64,000 nucleotides of DNA from Bacteroidales bacterium (GTDB lineage Bacteria > Bacteroidota > Bacteroidia > Bacteroidales > F082). Within the stretch, counting starts at the first letter, position 1. Each line of letters opens with the position of its first letter. The notes beneath the pieces were generated by a model, which saw nothing but the letters and a program-made list of their open reading frames with translations, did no database searches and was not told the origin of the DNA. Where the stretch lies: contig WFZS01000119.1 in assembly GCA_015489465.1 (NCBI GenBank), positions 1,848-65,847 of the forward strand, read 5' to 3'. Made by a program: the position numbers and the translations under genes. Below, one piece after another: positions 18,392 through 28,865 of the stretch.

Positions 18392-20545
18392 CTAAAGATT
18401 AGCTTTAAAATATTCGGTAATTTTTTCATAAAGGTGAGCCCTGTCTTTTCCTCTCACGTTGTGCTCATGATCGGGATAAATAAAATAATCGACCTGCTTT
18501 CCGTGTTTTATACATTTGTTGATAAACAACAAGCTATGTTGCCAAACAACGGTTTTATCCATAGCATCATGAATAACAAGAAGTTTTCCCTTTAAATTGT
18601 CAACATAATTTAACAAACTTGATTGCTTGTAACCTTCGGGGTTTGTTTGCGGAGTATCCATATACCTTTCGCCGTACATAACTTCATAATATTTCCAATC
18701 TATAACCGGACCTCCTGCAACAGCCACCTTAAACACACCGGGTCTTTTGAGCTTTAACGAAATGGTCATAAAACCTCCGTAACTCCACCCGTCAACGCCA
18801 ATACGTGTCGAATCTACAAAAGGCTGTTTTTTCAACCAATTTACACCATACATCTGATCGTCAACTTCAACACTTCCGCAATGTCTGAAAATTGCTTGTT
18901 CAAATTCTTTTCCCCGATTGGCGGAACCCCTGTTGTCAAGGGTAAAAATAACATAACCTTGCTGTGCCAGATAATTGAGAAATAAACCTGCTCCACCGAG
19001 CCAGGAATCGGTTACAAGTTGGGCATGAGGACCACCGTACACGTAAACAATTGCAGGATATTTATTTGTGGAATCAAAACCTGGAGGTGTTATCAACCTG
19101 CAATAAAGTTCAGGAGTTGTATCAGGATATAAAGTAAAAATTTTAGTTGTCCCGAGGTCATAATCTTTCAATGGATGATTGTCATCTTTTATAACTCTAA
19201 CGGTTTTCCCTTTACTATTTACAAGCAGGTATTTTCTTGCCGTTTCGGTATTACTGTAAATATCTATTACATATTTTCCGTCGTCACTTATCAAAGCCGA
19301 GTGTGTTCCGTGGTCGGGTGAAACTCTTGTTATTTTACCGTTTTTCAAATTTAAAGAGTAAATATTTTGTTGTAAAGGTGACTCTTTGGTAGCTTTAAAG
19401 AAAATCTTATCCTTACCGTAAAATCCCAAAAATTCCGTAACCACCCATTTACCTTTAGTCAGTTGTTTTAACAATTTACCTTCGGTATTGTACAGGTAAA
19501 GATGATCAAAGCCGTCCCTTTCGCTAAACCAAATAAATTGTTCCGGCTTTTGCGGATTAAAATATAAAGGACGTTCGGGTTCAACATATTTCGGGTCGCT
19601 TTCCTCGAAAAGGGTTTTTACAAGTTCTCCTGTCTTTATATCATATTTATTTAACATCAAATGATTTTGATCCCTGTTCAATATCGCTATGTATATAAAA
19701 TCGCCGGAAGGGTCCCATGTAACAGCAGTAAGATAATGATCCTTGGGTTCTCCCGTTTTCATGAATACGGTTTTTCCCGTCACCGGATCAAACACTCCCA
19801 ACGTAACATGGTGGCTTTTTTCTCCGGCCATGGGATATTTTATATTTTCAACTGTTGCAATACGTGTGTGAATGTTTACCAAAGGGTAATCGGCAACCAT
19901 TGTTTCGTCTTTTCTGTAAAAGGCAATCTTTTTTCCGTCGGGTGACCAGAATGTACCGGTATTTATACCGAATTCGACACGATGCACGGTATGCCCGTTT
20001 ACAATTCCGGGGTTTTTATCGGAAGTAACAGCCGTTTGGTCACCGTCAATTGCTATGTAAAGGTTATTCTTTATCGTATAAGCGGCATATCCGCTTTTTT
20101 TGTTAAAATCTATATTCTCCGCACTATCGGGAATATGATTAATCAATTTTAACCTTTCATTTTCAAAATCAAAAGAATACCAATTTTCTTTATTTCTGAA
20201 ATAAGCGGTATTACCATTTAAAAATCCTATTGACGGCAGTCTTTTAACGGAATCAAAACCTTGTTCGTGAAGTTTCCGGTTAAGCACATCAACATTAATC
20301 AATGATGTTTCACTTCCACCTTTTGCCGAAACTTTGTAAAGTACGTTATCCTTGGCGTAAACATAACTATCCTTTCCGGGAATCCATTTTAACTGTGGAA
20401 CCCTGACAGGATAAATTGAGGGATTCATCCAGATGGCATCCTTAACAGTCAGTTTTTTATCTTGTGAAAAAGATATTTGAACAAAAAGAACAACAAACAA
20501 TACTGATAAAAATAATCGTTTCATGTGTTTAAATTTTAAAGACAT
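18392..20545 (-). CDS. S9 family peptidase, dipeptidyl-peptidase IV-like
   Basis: Signal peptide, DPP-IV-type N-terminal propeller, catalytic GWSYGG. An alternative ATG lies at 20524. Confidence 0.85.
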   Translation of the reverse strand: MSLKFKHMKRLFLSVLFVVLFVQISFSQDKKLTVKDAIWMNPSIYPVRVPQLKWIPGKDSYVYAKDNVLYKVSAKGGSETSLINVDVLNRKLHEQGFDSVKRLPSIGFLNGNTAYFRNKENWYSFDFENERLKLINHIPDSAENIDFNKKSGYAAYTIKNNLYIAIDGDQTAVTSDKNPGIVNGHTVHRVEFGINTGTFWSPDGKKIAFYRKDETMVADYPLVNIHTRIATVENIKYPMAGEKSHHVTLGVFDPVTGKTVFMKTGEPKDHYLTAVTWDPSGDFIYIAILNRDQNHLMLNKYDIKTGELVKTLFEESDPKYVEPERPLYFNPQKPEQFIWFSERDGFDHLYLYNTEGKLLKQLTKGKWVVTEFLGFYGKDKIFFKATKESPLQQNIYSLNLKNGKITRVSPDHGTHSALISDDGKYVIDIYSNTETARKYLLVNSKGKTVRVIKDDNHPLKDYDLGTTKIFTLYPDTTPELYCRLITPPGFDSTNKYPAIVYVYGGPHAQLVTDSWLGGAGLFLNYLAQQGYVIFTLDNRGSANRGKEFEQAIFRHCGSVEVDDQMYGVNWLKKQPFVDSTRIGVDGWSYGGFMTISLKLKRPGVFKVAVAGGPVIDWKYYEVMYGERYMDTPQTNPEGYKQSSLLNYVDNLKGKLLVIHDAMDKTVVWQHSLLFINKCIKHGKQVDYFIYPDHEHNVRGKDRAHLYEKITEYFKANL

Positions 20546-20698
20546 CGCAAGTTATCAAAATTTGTAATAGTCCCTTGTTCCACTTAATTTTTTTACTTTT
20601 TTGTTCAAAAACGGTTTTAATGCCCGTATCATCCGGCATTTATATAAAATAATTGTTAAAACATGTTCTTTTTTGAATGTTAATAAAAAACTACCTTA

Positions 20699-20706
20699 TA
20701 TATTTG
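20699..20706 (+). promoter_or_regulatory. -7 promoter box TATATTTG upstream of ppa
   Basis: TAnnTTTG match, 23 nt before ATG 20730. Confidence 0.35.
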
Positions 20707-20729
20707 CACAAATTTTAATTCTCTTTTTT

Positions 20730-21401
20730 ATGGCAAACAGATTAATGGATCCTATAGGCAGGTTAATGGGTTTACGCTACAAATCACATCCGTGGCATGG
20801 CGTTGACATAGGACCTGACGCACCGAATATTATAACATGTTATATTGAAATGGTACCTTCCGATACCGTTAAATATGAAGTTGACAAAGCTTCGGGATAT
20901 TTACGTCTCGACCGTCCGCAAAAGTATTCCAATGTGGTTCCGGCTCTTTACGGATTTGTTCCTCAGACATTCAGTGCTCAAAGAGTAGCCGAATTTTGTA
21001 AAGAAAAAACGGGAAGGGATGATATTATTGGTGATGGAGACCCAATCGATATTTGTGTTCTTACCGAAAAGGATATTGTTCACGGTGATATTCTGGTTAA
21101 AGCAAAACCCATAGGAGGATTCAGAATGATTGACAGCAATGAGTCGGACGACAAAATTGTTGCCGTTTTGGATAATGACGCTTTTTACGGACAGTTTAAC
21201 GATATTTCGGAAATTCCGGAATTGGTAATCGACCGTCTAAAACACTATTTTCTTACATATAAGGATATGCCCGGAAAAACAATAGATGTTGAAATAACAC
21301 ATGTTTACGGAAAAGATGAAGCATTCGAAGTAATAACCAGATCTCAAGAAGACTATAATAACAAATTTAAAAGTTTGGAATCGGTACTTTCCAACGTGTA
21401 A
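20730..21401 (+). CDS. ppa: inorganic pyrophosphatase (family I)
   Basis: Motifs YEVDK and GDGDPIDICVL. I chose ATG 20730; the longer ORF from 20601 adds a non-protein-like extension that covers the promoter box. Confidence 0.85.
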   Translation: MANRLMDPIGRLMGLRYKSHPWHGVDIGPDAPNIITCYIEMVPSDTVKYEVDKASGYLRLDRPQKYSNVVPALYGFVPQTFSAQRVAEFCKEKTGRDDIIGDGDPIDICVLTEKDIVHGDILVKAKPIGGFRMIDSNESDDKIVAVLDNDAFYGQFNDISEIPELVIDRLKHYFLTYKDMPGKTIDVEITHVYGKDEAFEVITRSQEDYNNKFKSLESVLSNV

Positions 21402-21471
21402 AAAAATCCATTAAAAGTTTCAAAATTTGTGGCGAACAAAATTATTTTGATAGCCGTATAAAATATTAACC

Positions 21472-23784
21472 ATGACAAAAAACCTTGTAATTGTTGAGTC
21501 ACCTGCTAAAGCAAAAACTATAGAGAACTTTCTCGGTAAAGACTTTACCGTTAAATCCAGTATGGGACACGTAATGGACCTCAACAAAAAAAAGCTTAGT
21601 GTAGATATAGAAAATGATTTTAAACCGGAATACGAAATAAGTCCTGACAAAAAAAAGATAGTAAACGAACTTAAAAAACTTGCAAAAGAAGCGGAAACCG
21701 TATGGCTGGCTTCCGATGAAGACCGCGAAGGAGAAGCTATCGCGTGGCATTTATATAACGCTCTGGGACTTGATGATAACAAAACCAAAAGAATCGTTTT
21801 TCATGAAATAACCAAAGATGCTATCGAAAATGCGGTAAAAAACCCCAGAAGTATTGACAAAAATCTTGTTTCTGCGCAGTTTGCACGCCGTGTTCTCGAC
21901 AGATTGGTAGGATATAAACTGTCGCCGTTGCTTTGGAAAAAGGTAAAACCGGCCCTTTCGGCAGGCAGAGTTCAATCTGTTGCCGTTCGTTTAATCGTTG
22001 AACGTGAAGAAGAAATAAAAAACTTTAAAAGCGTATCTTTTTTCAAAGCTATTGCCGAATTTGAACTTGACGGTAAAAAATTTAAAGCCGAGTATTCCGA
22101 AAAGTTCGATACTGCAGATCAAGCAAAAGAGTTTTTACAAAACGAAATAGATGCCGAATACACGGTTTCTTCAGTAGAGAAAAAACCCGCCAAAAAGTCG
22201 CCTTCTGCACCTTTTACCACTTCCACCTTACAACAGGAAGCATCGCGAAAGCTTGGTTTTCCGGTGGCTGTAACAATGCGTGTAGCTCAAAACCTTTATG
22301 AATCGGGAAAAATTACCTACATGAGAACCGACTCCGTTAACTTATCAAACTTCGCTTTGCAAAAAGCCAAAGAAGAAATTGAAAAGGTTTTCGGAAAAGA
22401 GTATGTAAAAACCAGAAAATACGCTACAAAATCGAAAGGTGCTCAAGAGGCCCACGAAGCTATAAGACCTACTTACATGGAAAACCATACCATCGAGGGG
22501 ACAAAAGACGAGCAACGACTTTACGAACTTATATGGAAAAGAACAATAGCATCGCAAATGGCGGATGCAAAACTGGAAAAAACCACTGTAAATATTGACT
22601 CGTCAAAAGCAAGCAAAAGCTATATTGCCAACGGTGAAGTTGTTAAATTCGACGGGTTTTTGAAAGTTTACACCGAAAGCACCGACGAAGATACCGAACA
22701 GCATGTTGATGGAATGCTGCCTCCCATGAAAAAGGGAGATAAACCCGAACTTGTAAAAATAGAAGCCAAAGAGAGGTTTACAAAACACCCTCCACGTTAT
22801 ACAGAAGCAAGTTTGGTGAAAAAACTGGAAGAACTTGGTATCGGTCGTCCGTCAACTTATGCACCGACAATTTCTACCATAATTAACCGCGGATATGTTG
22901 TAAAAGAGAGCAGACCCGCCGAAAAACGCAAGGTTACCGTTCTTGAGCTTAAAAACGGAAAACTTACGGAAAAACAGGTTACCGAAAATACAGGCTCCGA
23001 AAAAGCAAAACTGTTCCCGACGGATATAGGAATTCTTGTCAACCGCTTTTTGATGAAATATTTCCCCGATATTGTGGATTATAATTTTACCGCAACAGTG
23101 GAAAAAGAATTTGATGAAATAGCTGCAGGTAAAAAAGAGTGGAATAAAATAATTAAAGATTTTTACGGAAGTTTCAACGAAAAGATTGAAGAAACCCAGA
23201 AAAATTCCGGAAAATTCAGTGGCGAACGACTGTTGGGTGTTGACCCCGAAACGGGAAAAAACGTTTATGTTAAAATAGGGCGTTTCGGACCAATTGTTCA
23301 GATAGGTGATACCGAATCGGATGACAAGCCGAAATTTGCAGGGTTAAGAAAAGGACAATCTGTAGAAACAATCACTCTTGAAGAAGCACTTAAATTATTT
23401 GATTACCCCAGAACATTAGGAGAATACGAAAATGAAGATGTTTCGGTAGCTATAGGAAGATTCGGACCTTACGTTAAACACGGCAAAAAATTCTATTCGT
23501 TGAAAAAAGATGACGACCCTGCGTCAATAACTTTGGAAAGAGCCATTGAACTGATTGAGGAAAAACGTAAAGCGGACAAAGAAAAGGTTATAAAAACATT
23601 TCCCGAAGATCCGGATGTACAACTATTGAACGGAAGATACGGTCCGTATTTAACGATAAAAAAACAAAATTACAAACTACCCAAAGGCACGGATCCCAAA
23701 GCTTTAACACTGGAAGAGTGTTACGAAATAGCCAAAGATCCGAAGAACATGCCTAAAAAACGATATACACGGAAAAAGAAATAA
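21472..23784 (+). CDS. topA: DNA topoisomerase I
   Basis: 770 aa. TOPRIM start LVIVESPAKAKTIENFLG, active-site region YMRTDS, C-terminal repeated GRFGPY motifs. Confidence 0.95.
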   Translation: MTKNLVIVESPAKAKTIENFLGKDFTVKSSMGHVMDLNKKKLSVDIENDFKPEYEISPDKKKIVNELKKLAKEAETVWLASDEDREGEAIAWHLYNALGLDDNKTKRIVFHEITKDAIENAVKNPRSIDKNLVSAQFARRVLDRLVGYKLSPLLWKKVKPALSAGRVQSVAVRLIVEREEEIKNFKSVSFFKAIAEFELDGKKFKAEYSEKFDTADQAKEFLQNEIDAEYTVSSVEKKPAKKSPSAPFTTSTLQQEASRKLGFPVAVTMRVAQNLYESGKITYMRTDSVNLSNFALQKAKEEIEKVFGKEYVKTRKYATKSKGAQEAHEAIRPTYMENHTIEGTKDEQRLYELIWKRTIASQMADAKLEKTTVNIDSSKASKSYIANGEVVKFDGFLKVYTESTDEDTEQHVDGMLPPMKKGDKPELVKIEAKERFTKHPPRYTEASLVKKLEELGIGRPSTYAPTISTIINRGYVVKESRPAEKRKVTVLELKNGKLTEKQVTENTGSEKAKLFPTDIGILVNRFLMKYFPDIVDYNFTATVEKEFDEIAAGKKEWNKIIKDFYGSFNEKIEETQKNSGKFSGERLLGVDPETGKNVYVKIGRFGPIVQIGDTESDDKPKFAGLRKGQSVETITLEEALKLFDYPRTLGEYENEDVSVAIGRFGPYVKHGKKFYSLKKDDDPASITLERAIELIEEKRKADKEKVIKTFPEDPDVQLLNGRYGPYLTIKKQNYKLPKGTDPKALTLEECYEIAKDPKNMPKKRYTRKKK

Positions 23785-23824
23785 AACTTAGGACTTTTCT
23801 AACAAAACCATATAACAGGACCAC

Positions 23825-25087
23825 TTACTTCAAGAGCATTTGAACGGTGGTTCTGTTTTTTTGTTCCAGAAAAACGGTTTTTCCGGATATAAATTTTTCA
23901 ATTAAAGACGGAGTATAATGACGTAATGTCAATAACTGCAAATCCTTATTGTATTTTATGAAAAAATTGTCTTTTAATTCATTAATAACCGATTCAAGTT
24001 TGATTTCATCAAAGTCGAATGAAACCGAAAAGCTAACGGCCGAATTTTGCATAACGTTAACATGCACTTTATTATCCGTCAAGGTTTTAAATATTTCGGA
24101 AAGATGATTTTCAGCGATAAAATCAAGATTTTTAGAGCTTAAACTCAACAAAACCTGATTTTCTTTGATGATTATTTTATGAATCTTTTCGTCTTCCGAA
24201 CCGTCTTCCGAAATAACCGTCGGACTTATAAAAGGTTTGAAAAAATATCTTACCTGCAAAGGAATCTTTTTATCTTTCAAAGGCTGGATGGTTTTGGGAT
24301 GAACAACTTTTGCACCGTAAAAGGCAAGTTCAATGGCTTCGTGATAAGACAGTTTTTCCAGCTTAACGGCATTTTTAAATTTTTTAGGGTCTGCATTCAT
24401 AATGCCGGGGACATCTTTCCAAATTATAATTTCGGTGGCATCCAACACATTTGCCAACACCGCTGCAGTAAAATCAGACCCTTCACGTCCCAACGTAGTT
24501 GTTTTTCCATTACAGTCCGCGCCTAAAAATCCTTGTGTTACAACCAACTCATGATTATTTATTGCAGGCAAAATCTTTTCCTTGACGTTTTTTTCCGTAA
24601 GGTTCCAAATAACGGAAGCATTGGTGAAATTGGAATCGGTTTTTATTATTTCGCCCGCCGGTATTTCTCTTACGACCTCTTTTCTGCTTCTCAAATATGT
24701 TGAAACAATAAGACTCGATATTTTTTCACCGTAACTTACTATGCTGTCGTAAGCCTCGTAATAATCACCATATTCATCGTGTAAAGAATCCCAAAGGTCT
24801 CTGAAAATATTTTCAACCGCCGGCATCAACTCTTCCTCTCCGGACATTTTCAATTCGCGAATTAAATTAAGATGAAAACTTTTTAAGTTAAAATATTCCG
24901 AGGGTAAAGCGGGGTCGTTCTTTATTTTTAAACGCAGCAAATTTTCCAGAGCGTTGGTAGTTTTACCTATTGCCGATACCACCACAACCATTGGTTGACA
25001 GCTGAACTCCGTTATAACGGCATAAAGATGCTTTAAATTTTCGGCACTCGACAAAAGCGCCCCGCCGAATTTAAACACTCTTAACAT
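23825..25087 (-). CDS. lysC: aspartate kinase
   Basis: MLRVFKFGG start, TTLGREGSD motif, C-terminal ACT-like region. I prefer ATG 25087 to the TTG at 25111. Confidence 0.9.
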   Translation of the reverse strand: MLRVFKFGGALLSSAENLKHLYAVITEFSCQPMVVVVSAIGKTTNALENLLRLKIKNDPALPSEYFNLKSFHLNLIRELKMSGEEELMPAVENIFRDLWDSLHDEYGDYYEAYDSIVSYGEKISSLIVSTYLRSRKEVVREIPAGEIIKTDSNFTNASVIWNLTEKNVKEKILPAINNHELVVTQGFLGADCNGKTTTLGREGSDFTAAVLANVLDATEIIIWKDVPGIMNADPKKFKNAVKLEKLSYHEAIELAFYGAKVVHPKTIQPLKDKKIPLQVRYFFKPFISPTVISEDGSEDEKIHKIIIKENQVLLSLSSKNLDFIAENHLSEIFKTLTDNKVHVNVMQNSAVSFSVSFDFDEIKLESVINELKDNFFIKYNKDLQLLTLRHYTPSLIEKFISGKTVFLEQKNRTTVQMLLK

Positions 25088-25201
25088 ATCTGTATCTTTT
25101 TCCGGAATCAAATTTCAGGCAAAGTTCAAACAAATTAAACTAAAAACAACCTCTTACCGGAAATAAATATTTCAATAATTCACTTTTTAATATCCGGCAA
25201 G

Positions 25202-27184
25202 CTATATTCTTTCTTTTATCAAACCTTTTTTATAAGCTGCCAAAAGCAGTTTAAGGTCTTCTATTTGCGCTTCGATATCTTTTCCTATATCGGTATCACG
25301 AACACGTTTTCTCTTGGCTTTGGCTTCAATAAATATTCTATCCGAAATAATATCAATTTCATCTTCAATGGCTTTTTGCCTCGATTCGAATTTTTTATGC
25401 TCAACAAGTACCAACCCGTACGAATTGTGAATAAGTGTATATCCGGCAACACCCGTAACTTTTTGATAAGGTTTAGACATTCCACCGTCAATAACAAACA
25501 GTTTACCGTTAGCTTTTATGGGACTCTCCCCTTTTTTCACCTTAACGGGAATATGACCGTTAACTATATGTGATTTTTCCGGATCAAGCCCGAACTCTTC
25601 CAATACTTTTTTAGCATATTTTTCATCATTATAAACCAAATCGTAATAGCTGTTTCTTTCCTCTTTATGTGTGGATTTATCGGCAACAAAATACCTCTCA
25701 AATGTTGTCATTTTCTTTTTCCCGAACAGCGGAGAATGTTCACCCTGCCATAAATACCAGAAATAGTCAAGACTTTCATTACTGTTTTTTGTGCTGAACC
25801 TGTGTTGATACCCGCGCCGCACGGCTATTTCAAACCTGTCACATAATTTTTTACCGGAAACTTCCTGCCCGTTAACTTCAAATTTCTCGAAATCTCCTTT
25901 TTTATTCATCGGAATACAACCGTGATATAAAAGGTTTGAATTAAAAGCAAGATACATACTGCCGTGCGAGAATAAAAACTCAATATGTTTTTGAAGTCTC
26001 TTGGAGTTTTTAAAACTGGTTTTAAGTTTATTGATAACCTCCTCTTCTTCTTCGGTAAGTTTATAAGGGTTTGAAGGATCTATTGTCGGGAAATTTTTAT
26101 CTAAAAGTTCATATTTTTTTCCGTCTATTGTTACGGTACCTTTTTTAAAATCAATTTTATCCAACAAAAGACGGTTTTGCATCTTAAAATGAGGATTGCG
26201 CATTATGGCTTGCCCGTCAAGTTTAAATTGTATGATGGCTATGGCTTTGTGCATCTTTTTAATCAACTCCACATTCTTATCATACATCTCCGTTATGGGA
26301 GTAAACCTCTCGCACGGGTCATCCTTGTAAACATCCATTGCAAAGGCCACCAAAGGCATCAGGTTTATCCCGTATGCATCTTCTATGGTGTCGATATTTT
26401 GATACCTCAACGAAATACGCAATACCGTTGCTATCAAAGCCTCATTTCCCGAGGCGGCACCCATCCATATTATATCGTGGTTACCCCACTGGATATCAAC
26501 GGAAGGAAGTTCCATTATTTTATCCATAACCTTTTCGGCACTGGGACCCCTGTCGAAAATGTCTCCGATAATGTGCAACCTGTCTATCAACAACCGCTGA
26601 ATAAAATTACACATTGCTACAATAAAAGCATCGGCACGGTTTATATTTATGATTGTGGAAATAATACTTTCAAAATACTCTTCTTTATCCTCACCGCTTT
26701 CGTTCAAAAGTTCGTCGATAATATATTCAAAATGCTTAGGCATCGCTTTACGAACTTTTGAGCGTGTATATTTGGAAGCCGAAGCCCTTGCAACTTTGGT
26801 AAGTCTCTGTAAAGTTATGGAGTACCACTCTTCAAGTTCCGTTTCGGTTTGATGTATTAAATCGAGTTTTTCTTTAGGGTAGTATATCAATGTTGCAAGC
26901 TGACGTTTCTCTTTCTTTCGCAACGTATTACCGAAAACATCCTCAATTTTTCTTTTTACCACACCCGAGGCATTAGCCAACACGTGGCTGAAAGTTTCAT
27001 ATTCGCCGTGAATATCCGTTAAAAAATGTTCGGTACCTTTCGGGAGATTCAATATCGCTTCCAGGTTTATTATCTCGGTGCTGGCAGCTTGAATGCTGGG
27101 AAATTTATCCGATAGTAAATTAAGGTATTTCAAGTTGCTTCTTAGCTCTTCCGAAGTATATTCTTTTTCGTTGAATGTTACCAT
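25202..27184 (-). CDS. fbp: fructose-1,6-bisphosphatase, class 3
   Basis: About 660 aa. YLNLLSDKFPSIQAASTEIINLEAILNLPKGTEHFLTDIHGEYE is characteristic of class-3 FBPase. Start taken at ATG 27184. Confidence 0.9.
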   Translation of the reverse strand: MVTFNEKEYTSEELRSNLKYLNLLSDKFPSIQAASTEIINLEAILNLPKGTEHFLTDIHGEYETFSHVLANASGVVKRKIEDVFGNTLRKKEKRQLATLIYYPKEKLDLIHQTETELEEWYSITLQRLTKVARASASKYTRSKVRKAMPKHFEYIIDELLNESGEDKEEYFESIISTIININRADAFIVAMCNFIQRLLIDRLHIIGDIFDRGPSAEKVMDKIMELPSVDIQWGNHDIIWMGAASGNEALIATVLRISLRYQNIDTIEDAYGINLMPLVAFAMDVYKDDPCERFTPITEMYDKNVELIKKMHKAIAIIQFKLDGQAIMRNPHFKMQNRLLLDKIDFKKGTVTIDGKKYELLDKNFPTIDPSNPYKLTEEEEEVINKLKTSFKNSKRLQKHIEFLFSHGSMYLAFNSNLLYHGCIPMNKKGDFEKFEVNGQEVSGKKLCDRFEIAVRRGYQHRFSTKNSNESLDYFWYLWQGEHSPLFGKKKMTTFERYFVADKSTHKEERNSYYDLVYNDEKYAKKVLEEFGLDPEKSHIVNGHIPVKVKKGESPIKANGKLFVIDGGMSKPYQKVTGVAGYTLIHNSYGLVLVEHKKFESRQKAIEDEIDIISDRIFIEAKAKRKRVRDTDIGKDIEAQIEDLKLLLAAYKKGLIKERI

Positions 27185-27314
27185 TTTTAAAAAGTAGTTT
27201 TTTATTGAAACATCAGATTTAAAACGTTTGCAAAGATATAAAACTATCAATAGAAGGGACTTTTAAAGCAGGTATTAAAACTTTGTTTTATTTTGTATCG
27301 TAAATGATTATCCA

Positions 27315-27908
27315 ATGAATTCGGAAAGAAAAAAAAAGACAGGGCTTTTCTTCGGTTCGTTTAACCCGGTTCACAACGGACATCTGATTCTTGCCAATTA
27401 CATGGCGGAATTTACCGACCTCGATGAAGTTTGGTTTGTAGTCTCTCCGCATAATCCTTTAAAAGAAAAAAAGAGTTTGCTTGCCGACCATCACAGGCTT
27501 TATCTTACCCGCTTGGCTGTTGAAGACGAAAAGAAATTGCATGTTACCGATATAGAATTTAAGATGCCCAGGCCTTCATATACAATAGATACTCTTGCGT
27601 GGCTTTCGGAAAAATATCCCGACAAAGATTTTGTATTGATCTCGGGAACCGATATTTTTAAGAGTTTCCACAAATGGAAAAATTATAAAACCATACTCGA
27701 ATATTACTCCATTTATGTATATCCGCGTCCGGGCAGCGATTTGGGCGATTATGATTCATTTGAAAACATAAAACTTTTTAACGCACCTTTAATGGAAATA
27801 TCATCAAGTTTTATTAGAAACGGTATAAAACAGAAAAAAAACATGCGTTTTTGGATGCCCGATACTGTTTACGAATACATAAAGGAAATGCATTTTTACG
27901 AAAAATAA
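27315..27908 (+). CDS. nadD: nicotinate-nucleotide adenylyltransferase
   Basis: GSFNPVHNGH (HxGH) and ISSSFIR motifs. Confidence 0.9.
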   Translation: MNSERKKKTGLFFGSFNPVHNGHLILANYMAEFTDLDEVWFVVSPHNPLKEKKSLLADHHRLYLTRLAVEDEKKLHVTDIEFKMPRPSYTIDTLAWLSEKYPDKDFVLISGTDIFKSFHKWKNYKTILEYYSIYVYPRPGSDLGDYDSFENIKLFNAPLMEISSSFIRNGIKQKKNMRFWMPDTVYEYIKEMHFYEK

Positions 27909-27912
27909 TATT

Positions 27913-28815
27913 ATGGCACACGAACATTCACATCACCACCATGATTTATCGGGTAAAAACCTGGCTATAGCCATTTTTCTCAATATTTTAATAACTGCCG
28001 GGGAGATAGCGGGAGGAATTATCTCGGGAAGTATGGCACTGCTTACCGACGCACTTCATAATTTCAGTGATGTGATAGCACTCTTACTTAGTTATACAAC
28101 TAATAGAATAGCCAAAAGAAAGTCAACGGTAAAACAAACATACGGTTTTAAAAGAGCGGAAATCCTGTCGGCTTTTGTAAATTCGGCGGTTTTGATAGGT
28201 ATTTCAATATTTCTTATTGCGGAAGCAATTAAAAGATTTTATTCGGAAAAATTTATTAATTCAGAAATAGTTATTTGGTTTGCTTTCGCAAGTATTGTTA
28301 TAAATTTTGCAAGTGTTCTTTTTCTTAAAAAAGATTCGAAAGATAGCCTGAACATAAAATCGGCATATCTCCATTTATTAACGGATGTCATGACATCGGT
28401 TGCCGTAATGGCAGGCGGAATATTGATGAAATATTACGGTATTTTCTGGGTTGACCCGATACTTTCCATAGGAATAGCATTATATCTGATTTGGGCTAGT
28501 TACGGCCTACTGGTTAAAACCGTAAAAATATTGATGCAGTTCACCCCGGGTGATATAAACCTGAAAAAGATAACGGAAGAAATTTCATCTTTGGAAAATG
28601 TTAAAAACGTTCACCACGTACACATTTGGCAACTCGATGAAAAACATTATTTCTTAGAAGCACACCTTGATATGGAAAAGGATATCACCATATCCGCATT
28701 TCAAGAAATCATTGATAAAGTGGATGCCATTTTACATAAACATAACATTTCACATTTTAACATTCAGCCGGAATACGACAGAAAAGATAGCAAAAAAATT
28801 ATTGCCGAACACTAA
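27913..28815 (+). CDS. cation diffusion facilitator family transporter
   Basis: His-rich N-terminus (HEHSHHHHD), TDALHNFSD and HLLTDV motifs, six TM segments. Confidence 0.9.
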   Translation: MAHEHSHHHHDLSGKNLAIAIFLNILITAGEIAGGIISGSMALLTDALHNFSDVIALLLSYTTNRIAKRKSTVKQTYGFKRAEILSAFVNSAVLIGISIFLIAEAIKRFYSEKFINSEIVIWFAFASIVINFASVLFLKKDSKDSLNIKSAYLHLLTDVMTSVAVMAGGILMKYYGIFWVDPILSIGIALYLIWASYGLLVKTVKILMQFTPGDINLKKITEEISSLENVKNVHHVHIWQLDEKHYFLEAHLDMEKDITISAFQEIIDKVDAILHKHNISHFNIQPEYDRKDSKKIIAEH

Positions 28816-28847
28816 AAAAGCTCCGTTTGATGACGGAGCTTTTTTTA
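28814..28847. terminator. intrinsic terminator between convergent genes
   Basis: AAAAAAGCTCCGT-TTGATG-ACGGAGCTTTTTTT. Confidence 0.75.
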
Positions 28848-28865
28848 TACGGTCTGTTAAAAAAA

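Noticed and set aside
26177-26761. Long antisense ORFs inside recognised genes: 26177..26761, 7765..8241, 47157..47651, 49347..49802, 32089..32535, 54015..54407, 56963..57385, 59992..60411
   Set aside because: All lie opposite strongly supported genes. They have F/I/K/N/C-rich composition typical of antisense frames in AT-rich DNA, and I recognise no family signature in any of them.
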